NCBI GenBank assembly: GCA_963768055.1
Contig: CAVYGN010000002.1
Coordinates: 640,001 to 704,000, forward strand
Length of the DNA stretch: 64,000 nucleotides
Reading direction: 5' to 3'
From: an uncultured Spirochaetota bacterium
Lineage (GTDB): Bacteria; Spirochaetota; Brevinematia; Brevinematales; JAOACQ01
Position 1 is the first letter of the stretch; each line of letters begins with the position of its first letter. This document shows, one piece after another, positions 9,832-20,264 of the stretch. The notes below the pieces were generated by a model. The model did no database searches and was not told where the DNA came from. It saw only the letters and a program-made list of their open reading frames with translations. The position numbers and the translations under genes are program-made.

Positions 9832-12564
9832 TCAGTGAGCTTCACCCCAATTCACACCTACACCCACATCAGCCACAAGAGGAACTTCAAGTTTATAAGC
9901 ACTCTCCATAATTTGTTTGAGTTTATATTTCAAATTATCAGCTTCGGCTTCATCGGCTTCCAAAACAAGTTCATCATGAATTTGAAGAATCAATCGCGCA
10001 TTTGATTTTTGAGCAGAAAGAAATTTCTGCAACTCTATCATTGCAATTTTTATTATATCTGCAGCGCTTCCCTGCATCTTGGTATTTAATGCCATTCTCT
10101 GTGATGAATTCAGAAAACTCTGTTTAAAATCCTTACCCAACAGATCGGGAAATTTCCTATACCGACCTGATAAAGTCCTCACTTCCCCTGTTTCTTTTGC
10201 TTCAAGAAGAACCCTATCAACAAAAGCTTTTACCCCGGGAAAATTTTTGAAATAATCCTTGATGAAATCCCTGGCTTCCGTCAGAGGAATTCCTATCTGT
10301 TTTGACAGTCCGTACGCCTGGAGACCATAAATTATCCCAAAATTTACACTTTTTGCTTTTCTCCGCATTTCTTCCGTCACATCTTTTTCATCAACATTAA
10401 AAATTAAAGAGGCAGTATGCCTGTGTATATCGAGATGTTCTTTAAATGCCTTAAGCATATTTTCATCCCTGCAAAAATGGGCCAGTACCCTCAATTCAAT
10501 TTGGGAATAATCAGCACTGATTAAAACCCTGCCTTTATCCGCTATAAAGGCTTTCCTGATCTCCTTACCTATCTGATCCCTTACCGGAATATTCTGGAGA
10601 TTTGGATCACTTGATGAAAGCCTTCCTGTTGCTGTTATTGTTTGATTAAAACTTGTATGTATACGTCCGGTCCTTTCGAGGATCAATAAGGGAAGGGCAT
10701 CTAAGTATGTTCCTTTTAACTTTGAATACGTCCTGTATAGAAGGATCTCAGCCGGCAAAGGATGAATAGCAGCAAGCAAGGTCAATACCTCTTCATCTGT
10801 TGAGGCTTTACCGCCTATCGTTTTTTTTACTGTCCCGAGTCCGAGTTCCTCAAAAAGAACCTTGCTCAACTGAGGAGGAGAATTAATGTTGAACTTATGC
10901 CCCGCCAAATGATAGATATTACTTTCAACGGTTTTCATCAAGTCTTGTAATTTGACAGACAGGCCCTTCAATATTTCAGTGTCTATTTTGACTCCGGTTA
11001 TTTCCATTTCCGCAAGAACACTAAGGAGCGGTATTTCAATTCTGTAAAAAACATTATCCAGGCTTAAAGTTTCAATCAGAGGCTTTAGAATATTTTTAAG
11101 CCTCAAAGTCGAATCGGAATCGGAACAAGCATATTGTACAAGATTTTCTATAGGAACATCCAAAAGCGTTTTGTCCCGTTTTACCACATCCTTAAGGACA
11201 TCCTTATATTGTTTCTTTTTAAAACCCAGGTATTCAAAAACAAGACTTTCAAGGTTATTATGAGTTCTTGTGGGATTAATCAGATAAGCGGCGATCATGG
11301 TATCAAAGCCGACGCCTACGATAAAAATACCGATCTGCCTGAACACTTCGATCTCATATTTAATATTCTGTCCAATTTTCTGTATAGCAGAATCTTCAAG
11401 CACAGGTTTCAATGTGTCAATTACAAATTTACAATCAAAGTCCTGCCCTGCCGGGTAAAGCATAGGGATAAAAACTCCGTTTCCCTCCTCCAGTGAAATA
11501 GAAATTCCTATGATCGAAGCTTCATTAGGGTTTGGGGAGGTTGTTTCAGTATCCAGGGAAATATAATTTATTAATTTTATTTTCCTGATAAGTGATATCA
11601 TCTCATCTTTTTTTGTTATCAGCGAGTAATTCCCGCTGAATTCTTTAACTTCTGAGCCGCCAACCTCAAACGGACCAGAAATATTCATTTTTTTAATGTC
11701 CTGTATCAAGGATGAAAGCTGATAATATTCAAGCCTCTTGATAACTTCAGGCTTAAGAAAATCGCCAAAATCCAGGTTGTGAGTCATTTTAGTCTCGTCA
11801 AGAGGAAGATCGAGTTTTAAAAGGGCCAGTTTTTTACTTAGAAAAGCGTTATCCCTGCATGCTGTCAATTTTAATCTCGAGGCCTCTTTAATCTCCTCAA
11901 GATGCAAGTATATATCTTCGAGCGTGTGATATTTTGACAGAAGCGCCGCTGCGCCCTTTTCCCCTATGCCTTTTACACCCGGAATATTATCTGAAGCATC
12001 TCCAACCAATGCCAGAAAATCAGGTATCTGGTCAGGAAATATCCCGATACTTTCCAGGACTTCATCGCTTCCAAGAAGATTAACCTCACTTACACCATGC
12101 TGGGGCCTGATTGCTTTAACATTCCCTCCTACAAGCTGCAATAAGTCTTTATCACTCGATACTATATAAATATCATTATCCATTTTTAATTTTTCAGTCA
12201 GGGTACCGATAATATCATCCGCCTCATAATCCTCAAGTTCAATTACCGGAATTTTCATAATTTTAAGGGTTTCAAGGACTATAGGAATCTGGGTTTTCAG
12301 ATCGGGAGGGGTTTCTTCACGCTGAGCCTTGTAATCAGGATAAATCCTCTGCCTGAATGTTTTTCTGGAAAGGTCAAATGCAGTTATTATGGAATCGGGT
12401 TTGATATCCTTAATTATCATAAAGAGCATTTTCAGGAAACCGAACAAAGCGGAAGTATTTTCGCCTCTTGAAGTCGTAAGCGGACGGCTTAAAAAAGCAA
12501 AATACGCTCTATAGACAAGGCCAGTTCCATCAAGAAGAATGATCTTTTTCCCTTTTACAGACAA
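9832..12564 (-). CDS. polA: DNA polymerase I (5'-3' exonuclease, 3'-5' exonuclease, polymerase)
   Basis: YEADDIIGT, GDASDNIPGVKGIG, LDTETT, TGRLSSSDPNLQNIP, ADYSQIELR, QIHDEL. Confidence 0.98.
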   Translation of the reverse strand: MSVKGKKIILLDGTGLVYRAYFAFLSRPLTTSRGENTSALFGFLKMLFMIIKDIKPDSIITAFDLSRKTFRQRIYPDYKAQREETPPDLKTQIPIVLETLKIMKIPVIELEDYEADDIIGTLTEKLKMDNDIYIVSSDKDLLQLVGGNVKAIRPQHGVSEVNLLGSDEVLESIGIFPDQIPDFLALVGDASDNIPGVKGIGEKGAAALLSKYHTLEDIYLHLEEIKEASRLKLTACRDNAFLSKKLALLKLDLPLDETKMTHNLDFGDFLKPEVIKRLEYYQLSSLIQDIKKMNISGPFEVGGSEVKEFSGNYSLITKKDEMISLIRKIKLINYISLDTETTSPNPNEASIIGISISLEEGNGVFIPMLYPAGQDFDCKFVIDTLKPVLEDSAIQKIGQNIKYEIEVFRQIGIFIVGVGFDTMIAAYLINPTRTHNNLESLVFEYLGFKKKQYKDVLKDVVKRDKTLLDVPIENLVQYACSDSDSTLRLKNILKPLIETLSLDNVFYRIEIPLLSVLAEMEITGVKIDTEILKGLSVKLQDLMKTVESNIYHLAGHKFNINSPPQLSKVLFEELGLGTVKKTIGGKASTDEEVLTLLAAIHPLPAEILLYRTYSKLKGTYLDALPLLILERTGRIHTSFNQTITATGRLSSSDPNLQNIPVRDQIGKEIRKAFIADKGRVLISADYSQIELRVLAHFCRDENMLKAFKEHLDIHRHTASLIFNVDEKDVTEEMRRKAKSVNFGIIYGLQAYGLSKQIGIPLTEARDFIKDYFKNFPGVKAFVDRVLLEAKETGEVRTLSGRYRKFPDLLGKDFKQSFLNSSQRMALNTKMQGSAADIIKIAMIELQKFLSAQKSNARLILQIHDELVLEADEAEADNLKYKLKQIMESAYKLEVPLVADVGVGVNWGEAH

Positions 12565-12576
12565 TATGCCCTCGAA

Positions 12577-13710
12577 TTATTTCGAAGCCTTAACTTCTTC
12601 ATAAGCCCATTCAAGCCAGGGAAGAAGCATTTCAATATCCGATCTTTCAACTGTGGCTCCGCACCAAAACCGAAGACCTGCGGGAGCTTCACGATATGCA
12701 CCGCAATCATTAGCAACGCCTTCTTTTTCAAGCATCTTTACAAGGACTTTTATCTGATCTTCCGCGAGGTCGATTTTAAAACAGACGCTGGTATTCGACC
12801 TGATCTCTTTCGTTTCAGCGAGAAAATGTATCCAATCATGCGTTTTAACAAATTCTTCAAAAGTTTTTAAATTATCGTTCGATCTGTCAATAAGTCCTTT
12901 TAAACCGCCGACACCGTCGGCCCAGGCAAGCGCGTCAAGATAATCTTCATTACAGAGCATTGAAGGCGTATTAATAGTCGATCCCTCAAAAATTTCCTTC
13001 ATAACCTCGCCTTTTTTCGTCATACGGAATATTTTTGGCAGAGGCCATGCAGGCGTAAAAGTTTCAAGCCGTTTAACAGCCCTGGGAGATAAAACAAGCA
13101 TTCCATGCCCTGCTTCTCCGCCCAGGACTTTCTGCCAGGAAAATGTGACTACATCGAGTTTATTCCAGGGAATATTCATAGCAAAAACAGCCGAAGTCGC
13201 ATCGCAAATTGTAAGCCCATCCCTGCTATCCGATATCCAGTCGCCGTCAGGCACTTTCACACCGCTGGTTGTACCGTTCCAGACAAATACTATATCATTT
13301 GAAGGGCTGGCCATTTTCAGGTCGGGAATTTTACCGTAATCAGCCTGAAAAACCCTGACATTCGGTAATTTAAGCTGCTTCTGTATATCATCCGCCCATT
13401 CTTTGCCGAAAGATTCCCAGTAAAGCACATCAATGCCTCTAGGCCCAAGAAGAGACCAGAGGGCCATTTCCATTGCTCCAGTATCTGATGCGGGAACTAT
13501 TCCTACGAGATAATCCGCAGGAATTCCAAGCATTCGCTTTGTTTCCTCAATAGACTTTTGAAGCCTGGCTTTACCCAGAGAACTTCTGTGCGACCTGCCT
13601 AGAGGCGCGTTTTTAAGATTATCCAGTTTATATCCCGGCCTTTTAGCGCAGGGACCTGATGAAAAATTAGGAATAACAGGTTTTTTTTCTGGTTTCATAA
13701 TTTCCTCCAT
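12577..13710 (-). CDS. serC: Phosphoserine aminotransferase (Methanosarcina/alphaproteobacterial type)
   Basis: [41 protein letters not shown]; likely start ATG 13698 after GGAGG. Confidence 0.93.
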   Translation of the reverse strand: MEEIMKPEKKPVIPNFSSGPCAKRPGYKLDNLKNAPLGRSHRSSLGKARLQKSIEETKRMLGIPADYLVGIVPASDTGAMEMALWSLLGPRGIDVLYWESFGKEWADDIQKQLKLPNVRVFQADYGKIPDLKMASPSNDIVFVWNGTTSGVKVPDGDWISDSRDGLTICDATSAVFAMNIPWNKLDVVTFSWQKVLGGEAGHGMLVLSPRAVKRLETFTPAWPLPKIFRMTKKGEVMKEIFEGSTINTPSMLCNEDYLDALAWADGVGGLKGLIDRSNDNLKTFEEFVKTHDWIHFLAETKEIRSNTSVCFKIDLAEDQIKVLVKMLEKEGVANDCGAYREAPAGLRFWCGATVERSDIEMLLPWLEWAYEEVKASK

Positions 13711-13984
13711 ATTTACTAAAGAATTCAGTTCACTCTTTATATTTTACAATAATTTTATCTTGAAAAGCCAAATGACACAAAAAATTGAGGAATGAGAGTA
13801 TTATTAACTATTTTTTGGATTAATGGAAGAAACATTAAAAATGTATTCTCTTTTAATATAAGTAGTTATAAATAATTATGTTATATTATTGCCTGCAAAT
13901 ATTTATTATTATTTAATAATTTATTGATACAAATTAACAATTTTAGGGTATTAAGGTTAATATAAGATTTATAGGAGGTTCAGA

Positions 13985-14329
13985 ATGCAGGCTGGTGTGA
14001 ATGTTATCGTGGTTGAGGGAGGAGTTGTAAAAGACCCGGAGTTGAAATATACTTCGGACGGGCTGGCTTACTCGAAATTCGCTGTTGCTAACTCAAGCTT
14101 ATCCTTTAAAGATGGAGAGAAGTCAGAGGATGTCAATTATTTTGACATCAGCGTATGGGGAAAATTGGCGGAGATCTGTACGACTTACCTGAAAAAGGGA
14201 AGAAAAATCATTGTTTCAGGCAAGCTAAGACAATCCCGCTGGAAAACCGAGGAAGGCAAGAACCGCAGCGCTGTCCAGATTGTGGCGCATGATGTCAAAT
14301 TCATGCCTTTTCACAAAAAGGAAGAGTAA
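13985..14329 (+). CDS. ssb: Short single-stranded DNA-binding protein without acidic C-tail
   Basis: DPELKYT, WGKLAEIC..YLKKG, GKLRQSRW; AGGAGG SD; 114 aa. Confidence 0.92.
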   Translation: MQAGVNVIVVEGGVVKDPELKYTSDGLAYSKFAVANSSLSFKDGEKSEDVNYFDISVWGKLAEICTTYLKKGRKIIVSGKLRQSRWKTEEGKNRSAVQIVAHDVKFMPFHKKEE

Positions 14330-14335
14330 CGCGGT

Positions 14336-14367
14336 TCCTTTCACCCTGCTAATGCAGGGTGAAAGGA
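14336..14367. terminator. Hairpin between convergent genes, probable terminator
   Basis: TCCTTTCACCCTGC-TAAT-GCAGGGTGAAAGGA, a perfect 14-bp stem just after the ssb stop; no clear U-tract. Confidence 0.7.
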
Positions 14368-14380
14368 GATATTATACGCA

Positions 14381-15682
14381 TTAAAATTTAATTAGTGTAT
14401 TAACAAAAGTATAGATGTATGAATAATTTTGATTTTCAGATGATTCATAATTGCCTTCGACGTTGATACTGAGTTTAATGTTATCCGATACATAGAAATC
14501 AATTGTGACTATTGTTGATATATTTCCATTAGTATTTGCAAATAAATCATCAAACCCATTGAAATTCTGCCTTAAAAAAGATAATTTTAGTCCTATCAAT
14601 TTTAATAAATCTTTTGATAATTCAAATGTAACAAGAAGCGAGGGATTAATTTCATCAGAAAAGTATCCTTCATACTGAAAGTTTAATGAAAGCTTGTTAC
14701 TGACAAGAATAATGCCAGTAGAACCAACCCACCCCAAGGAATTATTTGAAAGAACGCCTAGGCTTTCATATTTGTAAGACCGTGTTACTTCATAAAACGT
14801 ATCAAAATAAGATGGGAGGAAATCGGGCTGCAATATCCTTAAAGCAAGAGAATAAGGAACAGTCTGAACAATAATACCGCTGATCCCGACCATTTCTCCC
14901 GACCCCTCATTTTGAATCGCAGCAATGTCGGCAAAACCCTTCAAAGAAAAATCCGAAATATCGACAAGAAATGTTCCAATATCAGCGCCATAGATTACGA
15001 CCTTGCCTTGACTATTAGTATTATAAGTGAATAAATAGGGATTATCTGCCGGTGGAAACTGGTCCTGATTATTTAAATCAGCCCCAAAAGTAAAACCTAT
15101 TTCCAGATTTGAAAAGATAGAATCGTTAATATCGATAAACGGCTTTATATAAGCTCTTATACCAAGGATATCCCAAAGAATGACGTTTTCTGCCATAGAT
15201 TCAAGACCGAAATAACCAAAATTAAGATCAAAAGCTAAACCAAGCATATTTACATCAGGATAGTTCAACTTGTCAGAATACCGGTTAAAAATAAACCCGT
15301 CTCCCAATGAAAATTCATCAATATCTCCGAGTTTAATAAACACAGGATCCTGACTGCTTCCCAGAGATAAATATTGAATTTTAAACAAGATTGCCCGCCA
15401 AGAGTTCCATTCGGTTGTTCTGAAATTTCCATTTGTATCAAAATCATAATTCAACTGCAAACCAAGACTTATAATCCAGAAATTGATTTCCGGTAACAAT
15501 CTTATTGTGTTGAAATTGTTGCTGTTTATCGACATTTCTCCATACAAAGCACTAATATTTAAAGCATTTTTAGTTATCTTATTAGTATAATTGTTCGAAT
15601 AATTTGAAATATCCTCCGCAAAAAAAGCCTTTGGAATAAAATAAATTAACAAAATTGGAATAATAAAACCATATAATTTCAT
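14381..15682 (-). CDS. Exported protein, probable outer-membrane beta-barrel
   Basis: Signal peptide from ATG 15682 (GGAGG SD), alternating hydrophobic strands, terminal Phe (VNTLIKF). Confidence 0.6.
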   Translation of the reverse strand: MKLYGFIIPILLIYFIPKAFFAEDISNYSNNYTNKITKNALNISALYGEMSINSNNFNTIRLLPEINFWIISLGLQLNYDFDTNGNFRTTEWNSWRAILFKIQYLSLGSSQDPVFIKLGDIDEFSLGDGFIFNRYSDKLNYPDVNMLGLAFDLNFGYFGLESMAENVILWDILGIRAYIKPFIDINDSIFSNLEIGFTFGADLNNQDQFPPADNPYLFTYNTNSQGKVVIYGADIGTFLVDISDFSLKGFADIAAIQNEGSGEMVGISGIIVQTVPYSLALRILQPDFLPSYFDTFYEVTRSYKYESLGVLSNNSLGWVGSTGIILVSNKLSLNFQYEGYFSDEINPSLLVTFELSKDLLKLIGLKLSFLRQNFNGFDDLFANTNGNISTIVTIDFYVSDNIKLSINVEGNYESSENQNYSYIYTFVNTLIKF

Positions 15683-15823
15683 CAATCCTCCAAACATATA
15701 TTTTATCGGTTTAGACATCTCCCAAAGTATCAAATATTGACTTTTTTCTAATGTTTAATATAATTATAGTAAAGTCTATTCTGACAGAAGCCCAATGTTG
15801 CTGTGTTCAGGACAGGATATTTT

Positions 15824-16483
15824 ATGCAGATTATTTTAAAAAGTAAAATAATTATCTTTTTTGGGCTTTTTGGATTTTTTTTTACAATGATCTTATGTCT
15901 CATAAGCGGCACTTCATTTTTCTCTATTGTTATAAAATCTATTGCCGGAGGAATAATCCTGGGCTCTATCGGGTTTGGTATCGATTACTTCTTTCAACGA
16001 ACGCTTTCCCAGGAAGATTATAATTCCCTGTTTAAGGTAAGCGGATCTGCGATTAAGGAATCAAACGACACAGAACTTAAACAGGACCATAAGTTTGATG
16101 TCACCGAAAATGCTGAACAAAACACTGAAGCTATATATCAGGACCTATATAAAAATAACATCAATAACGAATCAGCTGATCCTGAAAGCTCTAAAAAAGC
16201 AAATACCGAATCAAAAATATCTTATAACGACTATGACATTTCTCCTGAAGATAATTCGATACCGGATGCTGTTTCTAAATTTGAATCTAAACCGGCAGGC
16301 GCGATAAACGAAAATATATCAAAATTAAATACAGTTAGTAAAGAAGAGAAAATAAAGAATGAAAATCATTTAAACTCGATGGTACATGACAATAAAGTCA
16401 CATTCAAATTGAAAAATAAGGTCATAAATGCTGATCCAGGCATAGTTGCAAAGGCTATCAAAACTATATTACATAAAGAATAA
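15824..16483 (+). CDS. Hypothetical membrane protein (2 TM helices, low-complexity acidic linker, C-terminal DPxxVAKAIKTIL helix)
   Basis: ORF architecture; likely start ATG 15824. Confidence 0.7.
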   Translation: MQIILKSKIIIFFGLFGFFFTMILCLISGTSFFSIVIKSIAGGIILGSIGFGIDYFFQRTLSQEDYNSLFKVSGSAIKESNDTELKQDHKFDVTENAEQNTEAIYQDLYKNNINNESADPESSKKANTESKISYNDYDISPEDNSIPDAVSKFESKPAGAINENISKLNTVSKEEKIKNENHLNSMVHDNKVTFKLKNKVINADPGIVAKAIKTILHKE

Positions 16484-16493
16484 GGGTAATTTA

Positions 16494-17612
16494 ATGGCCT
16501 TAGAAAGTGAAATTTTAACAAACAACTATGGCATACCTCCTGATTTTGCAAGAAATTTACTTGGTTTCATGCATAGCGATCTTGAAGCCGCTATAAAGAT
16601 AGTAGAAGCTTCGGAAAAAGACATAATAGTTTTAAAAGCTAAATTTATTGCAAATAAAAAGATGTTCTATGGCGCTTTAATGATTTTTTTTAATTTCCAG
16701 ACACGCCTTCCCGAGTATATTTTTGCCGTAATTTCAAATAATGCAAACCTTACAAAAGTAAGTGTTGAATCGGGGTGGCAAAGTAATTTCCAGATATTGC
16801 TAGATTACCTGACTGATCCGCAATGTAATCTGGAATTATCCTCAAAGGCCGAATCACAAATAGTAACACCTGATAATATCAATTATCTAGCCAGCTTTTT
16901 CTCGGATCATTATAATATCGATCTTGTAAATTTAAAAAGATATTTAATGAGTGAACTATCCAAAGTCTTTACGGACACCGGTATAGTCCTGAAAATTTCC
17001 ACCGAGCAGACAAATATCTTCCACTTTTCCTCTTTTTTAAAAACAGTTCAGGTCGGATATAAAATACAACAGCAGTTAAAAGTCGATTTTATAACCCTTC
17101 TCAATATAAGGGTTGAACCTATTTTAGCACCGCTTGGGGGTTATGACGTAGACAAAATGGAAATTTATGATGAGCTCCTTGTTAAAATTAATGATGACCG
17201 GGAAATTGTACATTTTATTATGGGCTATTTCGACACTACAAATTTAGCACCGGGTAACCTATATGGAAGATTAGTTTTTAACCAAAAGTCTCAAACATCA
17301 CAAGGGCATCTATTAATAATTGAGTTTGCTCCAGGAATTTACGGCCGCTTTATATTAGGAGAAAAAATAAGAATACAGGTTAGAAAAAATACACAAAAAA
17401 TACCTCCCGAAAAGCCAATGGATATTAAGCAGGTTGAAGAGTTATCATATTTGACCACCGATTATCAAGACGAATTATCACAGAAAAAAGAAGCCGAAAC
17501 AAATAATAACCTGTTCGAAAGTGAAAAAAAGATAAATATTTATGCCATAATACTAATAATCGCGGCAGGTCTTGGGTTTGTTTTAGTTATCTTCCTTTGG
17601 TTAATGAGTTGA
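16494..17612 (+). CDS. Hypothetical tail-anchored protein (possibly DUF4899-like)
   Basis: ATG 16494 follows the upstream stop; single C-terminal TM; the VEPILAPLGG...LLVKI.D segment recalls DUF4899 (from memory, unverified). Confidence 0.65.
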   Translation: MALESEILTNNYGIPPDFARNLLGFMHSDLEAAIKIVEASEKDIIVLKAKFIANKKMFYGALMIFFNFQTRLPEYIFAVISNNANLTKVSVESGWQSNFQILLDYLTDPQCNLELSSKAESQIVTPDNINYLASFFSDHYNIDLVNLKRYLMSELSKVFTDTGIVLKISTEQTNIFHFSSFLKTVQVGYKIQQQLKVDFITLLNIRVEPILAPLGGYDVDKMEIYDELLVKINDDREIVHFIMGYFDTTNLAPGNLYGRLVFNQKSQTSQGHLLIIEFAPGIYGRFILGEKIRIQVRKNTQKIPPEKPMDIKQVEELSYLTTDYQDELSQKKEAETNNNLFESEKKINIYAIILIIAAGLGFVLVIFLWLMS

Positions 17613-17659
17613 CATTATAAAGGAGGATTTTTGTAATAAAAAAAAAAATAATATATAAT
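17609..17659 (+). promoter_or_regulatory. Two overlapping sigma70-like promoters upstream of fliA
   Basis: TTGACA(17609)-N17-TGTAAT and TTGTAA(17631)-N17-TATAAT; the second spacer contains A11. Confidence 0.5.
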
Positions 17660-17716
17660 TGTATGCTATTTTATTACATTAATTAAAATTAGTTTCTTAA
17701 ACAGAGGGAGAAGTTT

Positions 17717-18520
17717 ATGAGAGGTTACGAAGAGTTTGACCAGCTCTCTGAAGAAGAACTATGGGATGATTATTCAAAATCTCATAACCAAAAGCTAAGA
17801 AATTTTTTTATAGAGAAATATGCGCCTTTAGTTAAATATGTTGCCGGAAGAGTCGCAATGAATGTCCCCAGTTCAGTAGAATTCTACGATTTAGTAAGTT
17901 ATGGGGTTCTTGGGCTGATCGACGCAATTGATAAATTCGACCCAAAAAGAGAAATAAAATTCAAAACATATGCAGTAACCCGTATCAGAGGATCAATCTT
18001 CGACCAATTAAGAGCTATCGACTGGCTTCCACGCTCAGTGAGGCAGAAAGCCAAAGAAATTGAACGGACAATTGCTGATCTTGAAGCAAAACTGGGCCGT
18101 TCCGCTAACGATGAAGAAATTGCCGACGCACTTGGTATTTCAATTCAAGAGTTTCATAATCTTCTGCTCCGTGTAAGTGGTAATTCATTAGTATCAATGG
18201 ATGAAAATTGGTATATAAATGACGGCGGAGACAATGCCCCCATGTCTATTGAAGACACACTTGAAAGTTCGGACACATATAATCCGGATGCCGCTGCTGA
18301 AAAAGAAGAAATAAAAAAAATGATCGCACGCTGTCTCATGGATTTACCCGATAGAGAAAAACAGGTTCTTATATTGTATTATTATGAAGGATTGACCCTT
18401 AAAGAAATAGGTACTATATTAAATGTAACAGAATCAAGAGTATCGCAATTACACACTAAAGCTATTATGATTCTAAGAGTAAAATTGGAAAAAATAAAAG
18501 AGGGCTTTATAAATAAATAA
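17717..18520 (+). CDS. fliA: FliA/WhiG-family sigma28 factor
   Basis: DLVSYGVLGLIDAIDKFDP, KFKTYA..RIRGSI.D.LR.IDW.PRS, LTLKEIG.IL.VTESRVSQLH. Confidence 0.96.
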   Translation: MRGYEEFDQLSEEELWDDYSKSHNQKLRNFFIEKYAPLVKYVAGRVAMNVPSSVEFYDLVSYGVLGLIDAIDKFDPKREIKFKTYAVTRIRGSIFDQLRAIDWLPRSVRQKAKEIERTIADLEAKLGRSANDEEIADALGISIQEFHNLLLRVSGNSLVSMDENWYINDGGDNAPMSIEDTLESSDTYNPDAAAEKEEIKKMIARCLMDLPDREKQVLILYYYEGLTLKEIGTILNVTESRVSQLHTKAIMILRVKLEKIKEGFINK

Positions 18521-18599
18521 TCGGCGCATCTTTATCCGTGTTACATTCAATATTCTAAAAACATTTTTAAGACACCGTTTTTATTATCTGGAGGAATTT

Positions 18600-18893
18600 A
18601 TGGTTGTGACTTATACCGGTAAAAATCTTGAAATTAACGACGAAATGAAAGATTATTTAGAAAAAAGACTTCAAAAATTCAAATTTTATTATCATCAGAT
18701 AATGAACATTAATACAGTGGTTGCCCTGCAGAGAGGACAATATTTTACAGAACTTAAAGTTACAGCAAACCGTGATTTTTATTTTGCTAAAGATTCCGGA
18801 TCGACATGGCAGGAATCTTTCGATGTTGTAACAGATAAAGTTGAAAAAGAGATTAAGAAAAAAAAAGATAAATTAACCGATCATCATAGTTAA
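18600..18893 (+). CDS. hpf: Ribosome hibernation promoting factor (short HPF/RaiA)
   Basis: TGKNLEINDEMKDYLEKRL fold start, basic C-terminal helix, position before hprK. Confidence 0.88.
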   Translation: MVVTYTGKNLEINDEMKDYLEKRLQKFKFYYHQIMNINTVVALQRGQYFTELKVTANRDFYFAKDSGSTWQESFDVVTDKVEKEIKKKKDKLTDHHS

Positions 18894-18910
18894 TAAAATG
18901 CGGTAATAAT

Positions 18911-19891
18911 ATGGATGAAAAATCCAGTGTATCCAGCATACCTGTTTCAAGATTATTGGAAATCGATAAAGAACAGGACCATTTACTCGGGTTTTCTATA
19001 ATTGGCGGTAAAGAAGGCATTGAGAAAAAAATTATAAGCGAAGAGTTTAACAGGCCCGGACTGCCCCTGGCAGGGTTTTTCGACTGCTTCGCGAGCCGCA
19101 GGATTCAGATATTCGGAAGAGGTGAAGTGGCCTTTGTAGAAAAGCTGGTAAAAGAAAATAAAACGGAGAACCTCGAGAAATTTTTTAATTATGATATCCC
19201 GCTTTGCATCGTAACCCATAATTCCCCTCTTCCACGTTTCATAATTAATAAAAGTAACGAAAAATCAATTCCTATTTTTAGAACAAAATTAAGTTCAAGA
19301 CGGCTTATATCATTGATCTCAACAATCCTGGAAGATGTTTTCGCACCTTTTGTTACAGTACATGGAAATTTTATGTCTATTTATAATGTAGGAGTCTTGA
19401 TTATCGGGAAAAGCGGTATTGGAAAAAGCGAAAGTGTTCTCGGACTTGTTGAAAGGGGACATAAATTTATCTGTGACGACATTGTAAAGATAAAAAAAGT
19501 CAGAACCGCACATGGATTCGAATTAAAGGGAGAACCAAATCTGAATTACGGACCTTATCTGGAAATCAGGGGTATAGGAATTATTAACGTATCGCAATAT
19601 TTCGGAGAGGGACGAATACTCAAATCTGAAAAACTGGATTTAATTATTGATTTGCATGAATGGGATGGTACATATGGTTATGACAGACTTGGTTTTGAAG
19701 AAAAATACGACACAATACTTGATATTCAAGTACCGAGAAAAGAAATACCTGTCAGCCCGGGTCGCAATATTCCCTTGTTAATTGAAGTGGCTGCATATAG
19801 GGATGTTATGAGAAAGCTCGGCTATAATTCAGCTCAAGAATTAGATGATAAAATCAGGAGTTTAATGAAAAAGGAAAAAGAAGTTGTATAA
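18911..19891 (+). CDS. hprK: HPr(Ser) kinase/phosphorylase
   Basis: NRPGL.LAGF, GKSGIGKSE, ICDD, LEIRGIGII, PVSPGRN. Confidence 0.97.
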   Translation: MDEKSSVSSIPVSRLLEIDKEQDHLLGFSIIGGKEGIEKKIISEEFNRPGLPLAGFFDCFASRRIQIFGRGEVAFVEKLVKENKTENLEKFFNYDIPLCIVTHNSPLPRFIINKSNEKSIPIFRTKLSSRRLISLISTILEDVFAPFVTVHGNFMSIYNVGVLIIGKSGIGKSESVLGLVERGHKFICDDIVKIKKVRTAHGFELKGEPNLNYGPYLEIRGIGIINVSQYFGEGRILKSEKLDLIIDLHEWDGTYGYDRLGFEEKYDTILDIQVPRKEIPVSPGRNIPLLIEVAAYRDVMRKLGYNSAQELDDKIRSLMKKEKEVV

Positions 19892-19943
19892 ATTTTTAAA
19901 ATGATATAAAATTAATAAGTTTTCTCCGAGGGTAAATTTAAGA

Positions 19944-20213
19944 ATGAAAGAAATAAAAGTTGAAATCAAAAATGAATACGGCCTTCATGCCCGTCCATCT
20001 TCCCTAATGGCCAACCTCGCGAGCCAATTCAAGAGTGATATCACAGTTGTTAAAGAAGATAGTGAAGTAAATTGCAAGAGTATTATGAATCTGCTTTTGT
20101 TAGCTGCGGGCAAGGGAGTCGTTTTAACCATTATAGCCGTTGGCGAAGATGAAGAAAAAGCGCTTAATGCACTTAGAGATCTCATTGAAAACAGAAAATT
20201 CGACGAGGATTAG
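19944..20213 (+). CDS. ptsH: Phosphocarrier protein HPr
   Basis: GLHARP (His15), NCKSIM (Ser46). Confidence 0.96.
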   Translation: MKEIKVEIKNEYGLHARPSSLMANLASQFKSDITVVKEDSEVNCKSIMNLLLLAAGKGVVLTIIAVGEDEEKALNALRDLIENRKFDED

Positions 20214-20264
20214 ATTAACTCTAATACCTATCCTACCTTAATCAATTCAGCAATGGAATGTTAA

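Noticed and set aside
13711..13984. AT-rich gap as a replication origin
   Set aside because: No DnaA-box cluster or dnaA context; consistent with divergent promoters
15700..15810. Possible sigma28 boxes (ACCGATAA on minus; TAAAGTCT...GCCCAATG on plus)
   Set aside because: In each case one half-site or the spacing fits poorly
18520..18537. 18-bp exact match (ATCGGCGCATCTTTATCC) between the fliA 3' flank and 63450-63467, antisense to guaA
   Set aside because: A single match of this length in 64 kb is plausibly chance; the guaA copy is ordinary coding sequence and no sRNA structure is evident
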